From: Tubulanus polymorphus
Taxonomy: Eukaryota; Animalia; Nemertea
Length of the DNA stretch: 64,000 bases
Assembly: GCF_964204645.1 (NCBI RefSeq)
Contig: NC_134034.1
Coordinates: 11,358,962-11,422,961, forward strand
Direction of reading: 5' to 3'
The number at the start of each line of letters is the position of its first letter. The stretch's first letter is position 1. The position numbers were made by a program, and so were the translations under genes. Below are positions 42,754-54,827 of the stretch, piece by piece. The notes below the pieces were generated by a model that saw only the letters and a list, made by a program, of their open reading frames with translations, was not told the origin of the DNA and did not search any database.

Positions 42754-43767
42754 ATGAATACATCTTCAACTATGTCAGCTACCTCGACGACGATCGATCC
42801 TCTGCGAGGTTGTAAGATAAATGTCTCAACAGAATCTCGTATGTTTTATGAGACAATCATAGGTTTTCCAATACAGTTTATCGGGTTCATTTTGAATGTT
42901 ATTTGTTACTGTGTATTAAGGAAATTTCCGTTTAATTCTGGTTACTTTGTTCTACAAATGCTCGCTGTCACGGACGCTTTATATCTATTCATATCGATGC
43001 CACTGCACAGCATTGGGCTGCTTTGGGGTTATCTACGTTTTGGGAAGTTTTACAAGTACGGAGTTTGGAAAGCATTTCTCCCGGAAATCGACCTCATACT
43101 TGTCCCGTTGACGGAATGCATGATGATAATCAGGAATTGGTTGGTGGTAATGCTCAGTCTTGAGCGTCTCATCGCCATTTATTTCCCGTTAAAATCCGGA
43201 CTCTGGCTCACCAAGACATACATACGTCGTCTTACTATTGCGCTCTACGTCATCGTTATCTGTGGCAACTACCACCAATTTGTTTTCGAAAAATACTATG
43301 GCTGGTCATCGTGTTACTACATCTATTCAAGATGGCGCTGGTACTATTATTATGATCACAGAGAAATGTTGGGGACAATTAAGAGGTTTTCAGTAGTTAT
43401 ATTCGCATTCCTAATTCCATTTTTCGCACTGGTTGCCATAAATGTGATCATCTTGATCTTCATGATAAAGTATTTAGAAAGAAAAAGTCGCTCAGACTCG
43501 GCAGATAGTAAAGGCAGCTCCCAGTCTATAGCGAAAGCAACCAAAACAATAGCTTTGGTTGTCGTGGCTTTCTTCTTATTCGAGACGCCATCCGCCACAT
43601 TGCAGGTACGTTACTGTGTTTATTTGCTTCAAGGTTGGGACGCGGCGCCCATATCTGACGAGCGTTTGTACGGACTGTTACTGAGTCAAATCGACTCTTT
43701 CGTCAATTTCTTCATCTATTTCATCGTCAACAAAAAATTTCGAACAGCTTTAACGAAGTGTAAATAG
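42754..43767 (+). CDS. Class A orphan GPCR, copy 2 (337 aa)
   Basis: Intact single-exon ORF with the same motifs as copy 1. Confidence 0.93.
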   Translation: MNTSSTMSATSTTIDPLRGCKINVSTESRMFYETIIGFPIQFIGFILNVICYCVLRKFPFNSGYFVLQMLAVTDALYLFISMPLHSIGLLWGYLRFGKFYKYGVWKAFLPEIDLILVPLTECMMIIRNWLVVMLSLERLIAIYFPLKSGLWLTKTYIRRLTIALYVIVICGNYHQFVFEKYYGWSSCYYIYSRWRWYYYYDHREMLGTIKRFSVVIFAFLIPFFALVAINVIILIFMIKYLERKSRSDSADSKGSSQSIAKATKTIALVVVAFFLFETPSATLQVRYCVYLLQGWDAAPISDERLYGLLLSQIDSFVNFFIYFIVNKKFRTALTKCK

Positions 43768-45254
43768 AGTCTGAGGCAGTGTTAGAATCACGATCCGCCG
43801 CATCAATCCACGGCTACAGAAACACAAGACATTCGACGGCATTTTATCGGCAAACTTTCAAAAACTGAGCGTCCACACTTCGCATGTGTTCAGGACATCA
43901 TATGAGACATTTTGAAAATGAACTACAAACACCAGACACTGGACATGAATATATACCTCATGCACAGCGAACTTCTTTCTTTTTTTCTGTTCAAATGTAG
44001 CCAAATAATAAAAACCCTTTTAAGAATAACAGAAACAAATCAGATACTAGATGTTTTGATATACAGTGGCTTCATTCCGTATGTAGATTTTCAACGTAGT
44101 ATTTTACAATCGACTTATTATGTATTTATGGAATGACATTGACATTAGTCGTGGAATCCAATGAAATAGGTTGTATCTTCATTATACAATACTGGAATGT
44201 GATGTTTTTAGTAGACGATCTCTTTTTGATAAATGCTTTAAAGATTGAATGTTTGCAGATGTCTGACTGAGGTTGCTTTTTGGAGCCGTAGATCGAGTGT
44301 TGCTAATGGACGAATTAGTAGGAACCATCGAACACCGATCTGGACACCAATAGAGTCTTTAGTGAATTTAATTTAGATGATTGCAAAGCGTCGGGAAATT
44401 TTCATAATGGGAAATGGTCGATATAGTGGAATAATGGTTGACCCGGCCGGCCACCTATCTACCCTGTACATTTTTAAATCATGACAAGGCTTTCGAAATC
44501 AGACCCGGTAGTTATAGAAATCAGATGATTATCAATTTTATTGAAAAATAACCCAACAAGGTATCATTTCTCTTGGGCCTAATGATTGATAATGATAATG
44601 GTAATTGATTTATTCATTTATATTGCGTCGAACTGTGAACTAATCTGCGCGCGGTTTATTTCGCGAGAATAAAATACAGCACATACAGATATAGTCATCC
44701 GCACTCGAGTGAGAATATATATATATACGTCTTCAAAAGTAGATTTTGAGGTGACACATTTTCGATCGTGCAATTTTAGAAATATTTCGAAATATACGCT
44801 TGATTTTCTACTTGGTGAACGTTTGAATTTGTGGGCGTCGCCGACATGTGTGAAATCAGGTGATTATCGTTTAGAATCTACAGAGTGACGACAGGGTGTG
44901 TCTATACAGAGAACTGTGAATCGGTCGACAGGAGCTCCTCGGATAGTTCCGGCTGATCTCTATCAACCTGGAGAGCTACAGAATCGAGAATGTTACATGA
45001 AGTTCTTCGATCTTCCAGTGAATTGATTAAAACCACGCATACGTTAAACATCATTTTGATGCACAAAGCGGAATTTGTGACCTGTTGTCTCATCACGCTG
45101 ACAGTTCACGGGTGTCCAAGGCCTGAGCTAAAATCAGCCACGCTCGATTTATCATTTTGACACCCTTTACTTACTCCATCGACTGGACCCTGGAATATCA
45201 TATATCAATATCTGCACACTATTTGGACTTCTGAGGTATTTCTGTTCGGCAGAT

Positions 45255-46256
45255 ATGAAAACATCATCAATTACGTCGACGATCAATCCTCTGCGAGGTT
45301 GTAAGATAAATGTCTCAACAGAATCTCGTATGTTCTATGAGACAATCATAGGTTTTCCAATACAGTTTATCGGGTTCATTTTGAATGTTATTTGTTATTG
45401 TGTATTAAGGAAATTTCCGTTTAATTCTGGTTACTATGTTCTACAAATGCTCGCTGTCACGGACGCTTTATATCTATTCATATCGATGCCGATGCACAGC
45501 ATTGGGCTGCTCTGGGGTTATCTACGTTTCGGGAAGTTTTACAAATACGGAAATTGGAAAGCATTTCTCCCGGAAATCGACCTCATACTTTACCCGTTGA
45601 TGGAATGCATGATGATAATCAGGAATTGGTTGGTGGTAATGCTCAGCCTTGAGCGTCTCATCGCTATTTATTTCCCGTTAAAATCCGGAATCTCGCTCAC
45701 CAAGACATTCATACGTCGTCTTACTATTGCGCTCTACGTCATCATTATCTGCGGCAACTACCACCAATTTGCTTTCAAAAAATATTATGGCAGGTCATCG
45801 TGTTACTACATCTATTCAAGACGGCGCTGGTACTATTATTATGATCACAGTGAAATGTTGGGGACAATTAAGAAGTTTTCAGTAGTTATATTCGCATTCC
45901 TATTTCCATTTTTCGCACTGGTTGCCATAAATCTGATCATCCTGATTTTCATGATAAGTTATCTAAAAAGACAAAGTCGCTCAGACTCGGCAGATAGTAA
46001 AGGCAGCTCCCAGACTATAGTGAAAGCAACTAGAACAATCGGTTTGATTGTCGTAGCTTTCTTCTTATTCGAGACGCCATCCGCCGCATTGCAGGTACGT
46101 TACTGTGTTTATTTGCTTCAAGGTTTGGACGCGGGACCCATATCTGGCGAGCGTTTGTACGGACTGTTACTGAGTCAAATCGACTCGTTCGTCAATTTCT
46201 TCATCTATTTCATCGTCAACAAAAAATTTCGAACAGCTTTAACGAAGTGTAAATAG
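45255..46256 (+). CDS. Class A orphan GPCR, copy 3 (333 aa)
   Basis: Intact single-exon ORF with the same motifs. Confidence 0.93.
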   Translation: MKTSSITSTINPLRGCKINVSTESRMFYETIIGFPIQFIGFILNVICYCVLRKFPFNSGYYVLQMLAVTDALYLFISMPMHSIGLLWGYLRFGKFYKYGNWKAFLPEIDLILYPLMECMMIIRNWLVVMLSLERLIAIYFPLKSGISLTKTFIRRLTIALYVIIICGNYHQFAFKKYYGRSSCYYIYSRRRWYYYYDHSEMLGTIKKFSVVIFAFLFPFFALVAINLIILIFMISYLKRQSRSDSADSKGSSQTIVKATRTIGLIVVAFFLFETPSAALQVRYCVYLLQGLDAGPISGERLYGLLLSQIDSFVNFFIYFIVNKKFRTALTKCK

Positions 46257-47726
46257 AGTCTGAGGCAGTGTTAGAATCATGATCCGCCGCATCAATCTGC
46301 AGCTACAGAAACACCAGACATTCGACATTTTATCGGCAAACTTTCAAAAACTGATCGTCCATACTTCGCATGTGTTCAGGACATCGTGTGAGACATTTTG
46401 AAAATGAACTACAAACACGAGACACTGGACATGAATATATACCTCATGCACAGCGAACTTTTTCCTTTTTTTCTGTTCAAATGTAGCCAAATAATAAAAA
46501 CCCTTTTAAGAATAACAGCAACAAATCAGATACTAGATGTTTTGATATACAGTGGCTTCATTCCGTATGTAGATTTTCAACGTAGTATTTTACAATCGAC
46601 TTATTATGTATTTATGGAATGACATTGACATTAGTCGTGGAATCCAATGAAATAGGTTGTATCTTCATTATACAATACTGGAATGTGATGTTTTTAGTAG
46701 ACGATCTCTTTTTGATGAATGCTTTAAAGATTGAATGTTTGCAGATGTCTGACTGAGGTTGCTTTTTGTAGCCGTAGATCGAGTGTTACTAATGGACGAA
46801 TTAGTAGGAACCATCGAACACCGATCTGGACACCAATAAAGTTTTTAGTGAATTTAATTTAAATCATTGCAAAGCGTCGGACAATTTATATCATGGAAAA
46901 TGATCGATATAGTGGAATAATGGTTGACCCGGCCGGCCACCTATCTACCCTGTACATTTTTAAATCATGACCAGGCTTTCGAAATCAGACCCGGTAGTTA
47001 TAGAAATGAACTGATTATCAATTTTATTGAAAAATAACCCAACAAGGAATCATTTCTCTTGGGCCTAATGATTGATAATGATAATGGTAATTGATTTATT
47101 CATTTATATTGCGTCGAACTGTGAACTAATCTGCGCGCGGTTTATTTCGCGAGAATAAAATACAGCACATACAGATATAGTCATCCGCACTCGAGTGAAA
47201 ATATATATACGTCTTCAGAAGTAGATTTTGAGGTGACACATTTTCGATCGTGCAATTTTAGAAATATTTCGAAATATACGCTTGATTTTCTACTTGGTGA
47301 ACGTTTGAATTTGTGGGCGTCGCCGACATGTGTGAAATCAGGTGATTATCGTTTAGAATCTACAGAGTGAAGACAGGGTGTGTCTATCCAGAGAACTGTG
47401 AATCGGTCGACAGGAGCTCCCCGGATAGCTGATCTCTATCAACCTGGAGAGCTACAGAATCGAGAATGTTACATGAATCTCTCCGATCTTCCAGTGAATT
47501 GATTAAAACCACGCATACGTTAAACATCATTTTGATGCACAAAGCGGAATTTGTGACCTGTTGTCTCATCTCGCTGATCACGGGTGTCCAAGGCTTGAGC
47601 TAAAATCAGCCACGCTCGATTTGTCATTTTGACACCCTTTACTCAATCCCTCGACTGGACCCTGGAATATCATATATCAATATCTGCACACTATTTAGAC
47701 TTCTGAGGTATTTCTGTTCGGCAGAT

Positions 47727-48728
47727 ATGAAAACATCATCAATTACGTCGACGATCAATCCTCTGCGAGGTTGTAAGATAAATGTCTCAACAGAATCTCG
47801 TATGTTCTATGAGACAATCATAGGTTTTCCAATACAGTTTATCGGGTTCATTTTGAATGTTATTTGTTACTGTGTATTAAGGAAATTTCCGTTTAATTCT
47901 GGTTACTATGTTTTACAAATGCTCGCTGTCGCGGACGCTTTATACCTTTTGATATCGATGCCGATGCACAGCATTGGGCTGCTGTGGAGTTATCTACGTT
48001 TCGGGAAGTTTTACAAGTACGGAGATTGGAAAGCATTTCTCCCGGAAATCGACCTCATACTTGTCCCGTTGAAAGATACTGTGATGATAATCAGGAATTG
48101 GTTGGTGGTAATGCTCAGTCATGAGCGTCTCATCGCCATTTATTTCCCGTTAAAATCCGGACTCTGGCTCAGCAAGACATACATACGTCGTCTTACTATT
48201 GCGCTCTGCGTCATCGTTATCTGTGGTAGTTACCACCAATTTGTTTTCGAAAAATACTATCGCAGGTCATCGTGTTACTACATCTATTCAAGACGGCGCT
48301 GGTACTATTATTATGATCACAGTGAAATGTTGGGGACAATTAAGAAGTTTTCAGTAGTTATATTCGCATTCCTATTTCCATTTTTCGCACTGGTTGCCAT
48401 AAATCTGATCATCCTGGTTTTCATGATAAGGTATCTAAAAAGACAAAGTCGCTCAGACTCGGCAGATAGTAAAGGCAGCTCCCGGTCTATAGTGAAAACA
48501 ACTAGAACAATCGGTTTGATTGTCGTAGCTTTCTTCTTATTCGAGACGCCATCCGCCGCATTGCAGTTACGTTACTGTGTTTATTTGCTTCAAGGTTTGG
48601 ACGCGGGACACATTTTTGGCGAGCGTATGTACGGACTGTTACTGAGTCAAATCGACTCGTTCGTCAATTTCTTCATCTATTTCATCGTCAACAAAAAATT
48701 TCGAACAGCTTTAACGATGTGTAAATAG
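47727..48728 (+). CDS. Class A orphan GPCR, copy 4 (333 aa; SHERL variant)
   Basis: Intact ORF with an L->H change just before ER. Confidence 0.92.
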   Translation: MKTSSITSTINPLRGCKINVSTESRMFYETIIGFPIQFIGFILNVICYCVLRKFPFNSGYYVLQMLAVADALYLLISMPMHSIGLLWSYLRFGKFYKYGDWKAFLPEIDLILVPLKDTVMIIRNWLVVMLSHERLIAIYFPLKSGLWLSKTYIRRLTIALCVIVICGSYHQFVFEKYYRRSSCYYIYSRRRWYYYYDHSEMLGTIKKFSVVIFAFLFPFFALVAINLIILVFMIRYLKRQSRSDSADSKGSSRSIVKTTRTIGLIVVAFFLFETPSAALQLRYCVYLLQGLDAGHIFGERMYGLLLSQIDSFVNFFIYFIVNKKFRTALTMCK

Positions 48729-50221
48729 AGTCTGAGGCAGTGTTAGAATCATGATCCGCCGCATCAATCTGCAGCTACAGAAACACCAGACATTCGACGA
48801 CATTTTATCGGCAAACTTTCAAAAACTGAGCGTCCACACTTCGCATGTGTTCAGGACATCATGTGAGACATTTTGAAAAATGAACTAAAAACACCAGACA
48901 CTGGACATGAATATATACCTCATGCACAGCAAACTTCTTCCTTTTTTTCTGTTCAAATGTAGCCAAGTAATTAAACTTTTCTAAAGAATAACAGAAACAA
49001 ATCAGATACTAGATATTTTGATATACAGTGGCTTCATTCCGTATGTAGATTTTCAACGTAGTATTTTACAATCGACTTATTATGTATTTATGGAATGACA
49101 TTGACATTAGTCGTGGAATCCAATAATGAAATAGGTTGTATCTTTATTATACAATACTGGAATGTGATGTCTTTAGTAGACGATCTCTTTTTGATGAATG
49201 CTTTAAAGATTGAATGTTTGCAGATGTCTGACTGAGGTTGCTTTTTGGGGCCGTAGATCGAGTGTTGCTAATGGACGAATTAGTAGGAACCATCGAACAC
49301 CGATCTGGACACCAATAGAGTCTTTAGTGAATTAGATTTAGATGATTGCAAAGCGTCGGGCAATTTTCATAATAGATAATTGTCGATATAGTGGAATAAT
49401 GGTTGACCCGGCGTAGCCACCTATCTACCCTGTACATTTTTAAATCATGACCAGGCTTTCGAAATCAGACCCGGTAGTTATAGAAATCAGATGATTATCA
49501 ATTTTATTGAAAAATAGCCAAACAAGGAATCATTTCTCTATGGCCTAATGATTGATAATGATAATGGTAATTGATTTATTCATTTATATTGCGTCGAACT
49601 GTGAACTAATCTGCGCGCGGTTTATTTCGCGAGAATAAAATACAGCACATACAGATATAGTCATCCGCACTCGAGTGACAATATCTATATATATACGTCT
49701 TCAGAAGTAGATTTTGAGGTGACGCATTTTCGATCGTGCAATTTTAGAAATATTTCGAAATAAACGCTTGATTTCTACTTGGTGAACGTTTGAATTTGTG
49801 GGCGTCGCCGACTTGTGTGAAATCAGGTGATTATCGTTTAGAATCTACAGAGTGACGACAGGGTGTGTCTATCCAGAGAACTGTGAATCGGTCGACAGGA
49901 GCTCCCCGGATAGTTCCGGCTGATCTCTATCAACCTGGAGAGCTACTGAATCGAGAATGTTTCATGAAGTTCTCCGATCTTCCAGTGAATTGATTAAAAC
50001 CACGCATACGTTAAACATCATTTTGATGCACAAAGCGGAATTTGTGACCTGTTGTCTCATCTCGCTGACAGTTCACGGGTGTCCAAGGCCTGAGCTAAAA
50101 TCAGCCACGCTCGATTTGTCATTTTGACACCCTTTACTCAATCCCTCGACTGGACCCTGGAATATCATATATCAATATCTGCACACTATTTAGAATTCTG
50201 AGGTATTTCTGTTCGTCAGAT

Positions 50222-51256
50222 ATGAATACATCTTCAACTATGTCAGCTACCTCGACGACGATCGATCCTCTGCGAGGTTGTAAGATAAATGTCTCAACAG
50301 AATCTCGTATGTTCTATGAGACAATTATAGGTTTTCCAATACAGTTTATCGGGTTCATTTTGAATGTTATTTGTTACTGTATATTAAGGAAATTTCCGTT
50401 TAATTCTGGTTACTATGTTCTACAAATGCTCGCTGTCGCGGACGCTTTATATCTATTCATATCGATGCCGCTGCAAAGCATTGGGCTGCTCTGGGGTTAT
50501 CTACGTTTCGGGAAGTTTTACAAGTACGGAGTTTGGAAAGCATTTCTCCCGGAAATCGACCTCATACTTTACCCGTTGATGGAATGCATGATGATAATCA
50601 GGAATTGGTTGGTGGTAATGCTCAGTCTTGAGCGTCTCATCGCTATTTATTTCCCTTTAAAATCCGGACTCTGGCTCACCAAGACATACATACGTCGTCT
50701 TACTATTGCGCTCTACGTCATCATCATCTGTGGCAACTACCACCAATTTGTTTTCGAAAAATACTATGGCTGGTCATCGTGTTACTACATCTATTCAAGA
50801 TGGCGCTGGTACTATTATTATGATCACAGTGAAATGTTGGGGACAATTAAGAGGTTTTCAGTAGTTATATTCGCATTCCTAATTCCATTTTTCGCACTGG
50901 TTGCCATAAATGTGATCATCTTGATCTTCATGATAAAGTATTTAGAAAGAAAAAGTCGCTCAGACTCGGCAGATAGTAAAGGCAGCTCCCAGTCTATAGC
51001 GAAAGCAACCAAAACAATAGCTTTGGTTGTCGTGGCTTTCTTCTTATTTGAGACGCCATCTGCTGCCTTGACACTTAGTTACAATATCAATGTAATTAGA
51101 AGGGTAGGCTCTAACTCTTATCTACTAGCATTAGTGGCTCGTAGCTCTTACCATCGTTTGTACGGACTGTTACTGAGTCAAATCGACTCGTTCGTCAATT
51201 TCTTCATCTATTTCATCGTCAACAAAAAAATTTCGAACAGCTTTAACGAAGTGTAA
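50222..51256 (+). CDS. Class A orphan GPCR, copy 5 (344 aa; replaced TM6-ECL3 segment, frameshifted helix 8)
   Basis: 7TM intact. A7 instead of A6 at 51224-51230 changes the tail to KKISNSFNEV. Confidence 0.85.
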   Translation: MNTSSTMSATSTTIDPLRGCKINVSTESRMFYETIIGFPIQFIGFILNVICYCILRKFPFNSGYYVLQMLAVADALYLFISMPLQSIGLLWGYLRFGKFYKYGVWKAFLPEIDLILYPLMECMMIIRNWLVVMLSLERLIAIYFPLKSGLWLTKTYIRRLTIALYVIIICGNYHQFVFEKYYGWSSCYYIYSRWRWYYYYDHSEMLGTIKRFSVVIFAFLIPFFALVAINVIILIFMIKYLERKSRSDSADSKGSSQSIAKATKTIALVVVAFFLFETPSAALTLSYNINVIRRVGSNSYLLALVARSSYHRLYGLLLSQIDSFVNFFIYFIVNKKISNSFNEV

Positions 51257-52368
51257 ATAGAGTCTGAGGCAGTGTTAGAATCATGATCCGCCGCATCAAT
51301 CTGCAGCTACAGAAACACCAGACATTCGACGACATTTTATAGGCAAACTTTCTAAAACTAAGCGTCCATACTTCGCATGTGTTCAGGACATCATATGAGA
51401 CATTTTGAAAATGAACTACAAACACCAGACACTGGACATGAATATATACCTCATGCACAGCGAACTTCTTTCTTTTTTTTCTGTTCAAATGTAGCCAAGT
51501 AATAAAACTTTTCTAAAGAAAAACAGAAACAAATCAGATACTAGATGTTTTGATATACAGTGGCTTCATTCCGTATGTAGATTTTCAACGTAGTATTTTA
51601 CAATCGACTTATTATGTATTTATGGAATGATATTGACACTAGTCGTGGAATCCAATAATGAAATAGGTTGTATCTTCATTATACAATACTGGAATGTGAT
51701 GTTTTTAGTAGACGATCTCTTTTTGATGAATGCTTTAAAGATTGAATGTTTGCAGATGTCTGACTGAGGTTGCTTTTTGGAGCCGTAGATCGAGTGTTGC
51801 TAATGGACGAATTAGTAGGAACCATCGAACACCAATAGAGTCTTTAGTGAATTAAATTTAAATCATTGCAAAGCGTGGGACAATTTTCATAATGTGAAAT
51901 GGTCGATATAGTGGAATAATGGTTGACCCGGCCGGCCACCTATCTACCCTGTACATTTTTTAATCATGACCGGGCTTTCGAGATCAGACCCGGTAGTTAT
52001 AGAAATGAACTGATTATCAATTTTATTGAAAAATAACCCAACAAGGAATCATTTCTCTTGGGCCTAATGATTGATAATGATAATGGTAATTGATTTATTC
52101 ATTTATATTGCGTCGAACTGTGAACTAATCTGCGCGCGGTTTAAAACCACGCATACGTTAAACATCATTTTGATGCACAAAGCGGAATTTGTGACCTGTT
52201 GTCTCATCACGCTGATAGTTCACGGGTGTCCAAGGCCTGTGCTAAAATCAGCCACGCTCGATTTGTCATTTTGACACCCTTTACTCAATCCCTCGACTGG
52301 ACCCTGGAATATCATATATCAATATCTGCACACTATTTAGACTTCTGAGGTATTTCTGTTCGGCAGAT

Positions 52369-53388
52369 ATGAAAACATCATCAATTACGTCGACGATCAA
52401 TCCTCTGCGAGGTTGTAAGATAAATGTCTCAACAGAATCTCGTATGTTCTATGAGACAATCATAGGTTTTCCAATACAGTTTATCGGGTTTATTTTGAAT
52501 GTTATTTGTTACTGTATATTAAGGAAATTTCCGTTTAATTCTGGTTACTATGTTCTACAAATGCTCGCTGTCGCGGACGCTTTATTTCTTCTGATATCGA
52601 TGCCGATGCACAGCATTGGGCTGCTGTGGGGTTATCTACGTTTCGGGAAGTTTTACAAGTACGGAAATTGGAAAGCATTTCTCCCGGAAATCGACCTCAT
52701 ACTTGTCCCGTTGAAAGATGCTGTGATGATGAATAGGAATTGGTTGGTGGTAATGCTCAGCCTTGAGCGTCTCATCGCCATTTATTTCCCGTTAAAATCC
52801 GGACTCTGGCTCAGCAAGACATACATACGTCGTCTTACTATTGCGCTCTGCGTCATCGTTATCTGTGGTAGTTACCACCAATTTGTTTTCGAAAAATACT
52901 ATCGCAGGTCATCGTGTTACTACATCTATTCAAGATGGCGCTGGTACTATTATTATGGTCACACACCAATGTTAGGGACAATTAAGACGTTTTCAGTAGT
53001 TATATTCGCATTCCTAATTCCATTTTTCGCACTGGTTGCCATAAATCTGATCATCCTGGTTTACATGATAAGTTATCTAAAAAGACAAAGTCGCTCAGAC
53101 TCGGCAGATAGTAAAGGCAGCTCCCGGTCTATAGTGAAAACAACTAGAACAATCGGTTTGATTGTCGTAGCTTTCTTCTTATTCGAGACGCCATCCGCCG
53201 CATTGCAGGTACGTTACTGTGTTTATTTGCTTCAAGGTTTGGACGCGGCGCCCATATCTGGCGAGCGTATGTACGGACTGTTACTGAGTCAAATCGACTC
53301 GTTCGTCAATTTCTTCATCTATTTCATCGCCAACAAAAAATTTCGAACAGCTTTAACGAAGTGTAAATATAGTCTGAGGCAGTGTTAG
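52369..53388 (+). CDS. Class A orphan GPCR, copy 6 (339 aa; stop-loss extension)
   Basis: TAG->TAT at 53368-53370 adds YSLRQC. Confidence 0.92.
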   Translation: MKTSSITSTINPLRGCKINVSTESRMFYETIIGFPIQFIGFILNVICYCILRKFPFNSGYYVLQMLAVADALFLLISMPMHSIGLLWGYLRFGKFYKYGNWKAFLPEIDLILVPLKDAVMMNRNWLVVMLSLERLIAIYFPLKSGLWLSKTYIRRLTIALCVIVICGSYHQFVFEKYYRRSSCYYIYSRWRWYYYYGHTPMLGTIKTFSVVIFAFLIPFFALVAINLIILVYMISYLKRQSRSDSADSKGSSRSIVKTTRTIGLIVVAFFLFETPSAALQVRYCVYLLQGLDAAPISGERMYGLLLSQIDSFVNFFIYFIANKKFRTALTKCKYSLRQC

Positions 53389-54827
53389 AATCATGGTCCG
53401 CCGCATCAATCTGCAGCTACAGAAACACCAGACATTCGACGACATTTTATCGGCAAACTTTCAAAAACTGAGCGTCCACACTTCGCATGTGTTCAGGACA
53501 TCATGTAAGACATTTTGAAAAAATGAACTAAAAACACCAGACACTGGACATGAATATATACCTCATGCACAGCAAACTTCTTTCTTTTTTTTTCTTTTCA
53601 ATTGTAGCCAAATAAAAAGCCTATTAAGAATAACAGCAACAAATCAGAAACTAGACGTTTTGATATACAGTGGCTACATTCCGTATGTAGATTTTCAACG
53701 TAGTATTTTACAATCGACTTATTATGTATTTATGGAATGATATTGACATTAGTCGTGGAATCCAATAATGAAATAGGTTGTATCTTTATTATACAATACT
53801 GGAATGTGATGTTTTTAGTAGACGATCTCTTTTTGATGAATGCTTTAAACATTGAATGTTTGCAGATTGATGTCTGACTGATTAGTAGGAACCATCGAAC
53901 ACCAATCTGGACGCCAATAGAGTGTTTAGTGAATTTAATTTAAATCATTGCAAAGCGTCGGACAATTTATATCATGGAAAATGGTCGATATAGTTGAATA
54001 ATGGTTGACCCGGCCGGCCACCTATCTACCCTGTACATTTTTAAATCATGACCAGGCTTTCGAAATCAGACCCGGTAGTTATAGAAATGAACTGATTATC
54101 AATTTTATTGAAAAATAACCCAACAAGGAATCATTTCTCTATGGCCTAATGATTGATAATGATAATGGTAATTGATTTATTCATTTATATTGCGTCGAAC
54201 TATGAACTAATCTGCGCGCGGTTTATTTCGCGAGAATAAAATACAGCACATACAGATATAGTCATCCGCACTCGAGTGAGAATATATATATATATATATA
54301 CGTCTTCAAAAGTAGATTTTGAGGTGACGCATTTTCGATCGTGCAATTTTAGAAATATTTCGAAATATACGCTTGATTTTCTACTTGGTGAACGTTTGAA
54401 TTCGTGGGCGTCGCCGACGTATGTGAAATCAGGTGATTATCGTTTAGAATCTACAGAGTGACGACAGGGTGTGTCTATACAGAGAACTGTGAATCGGTCG
54501 ACAGGAGCTCCCCGGATAGTTCCGGCTGATCTCTATCAACCTGGAGAGCTGCAGAATCGAGAATGTTTCATGAAGTTCTCCGATCTTTCAGTGAATTGAT
54601 TAAAACGACGCATACGTTAAACATCATTTTGATGCACAAAGCGGAATTTGTGACCTGTTGTCTCATCACGCTGACAGTTCACGGGTGTCCAAGGCCTGAG
54701 CTAAAATCAGCCACGCTCGATTTATCATTTTGACACCCTTTACTTACTCCCTCGACTGGACCCTGGAATATCATATATCAATATCTGCACACTATTTAGA
54801 CTTCTGAGGTATTTCTGTTCGGCAGAT

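Noticed and set aside
43912-44136. Recurrent 60-85 aa ORFs in the GPCR spacers (e.g. 46398-46622, 44902-45096, 41233-41490)
   Set aside because: They are frameshifted or broken in other units and show no domain features. Their recurrence reflects the tandem duplication.
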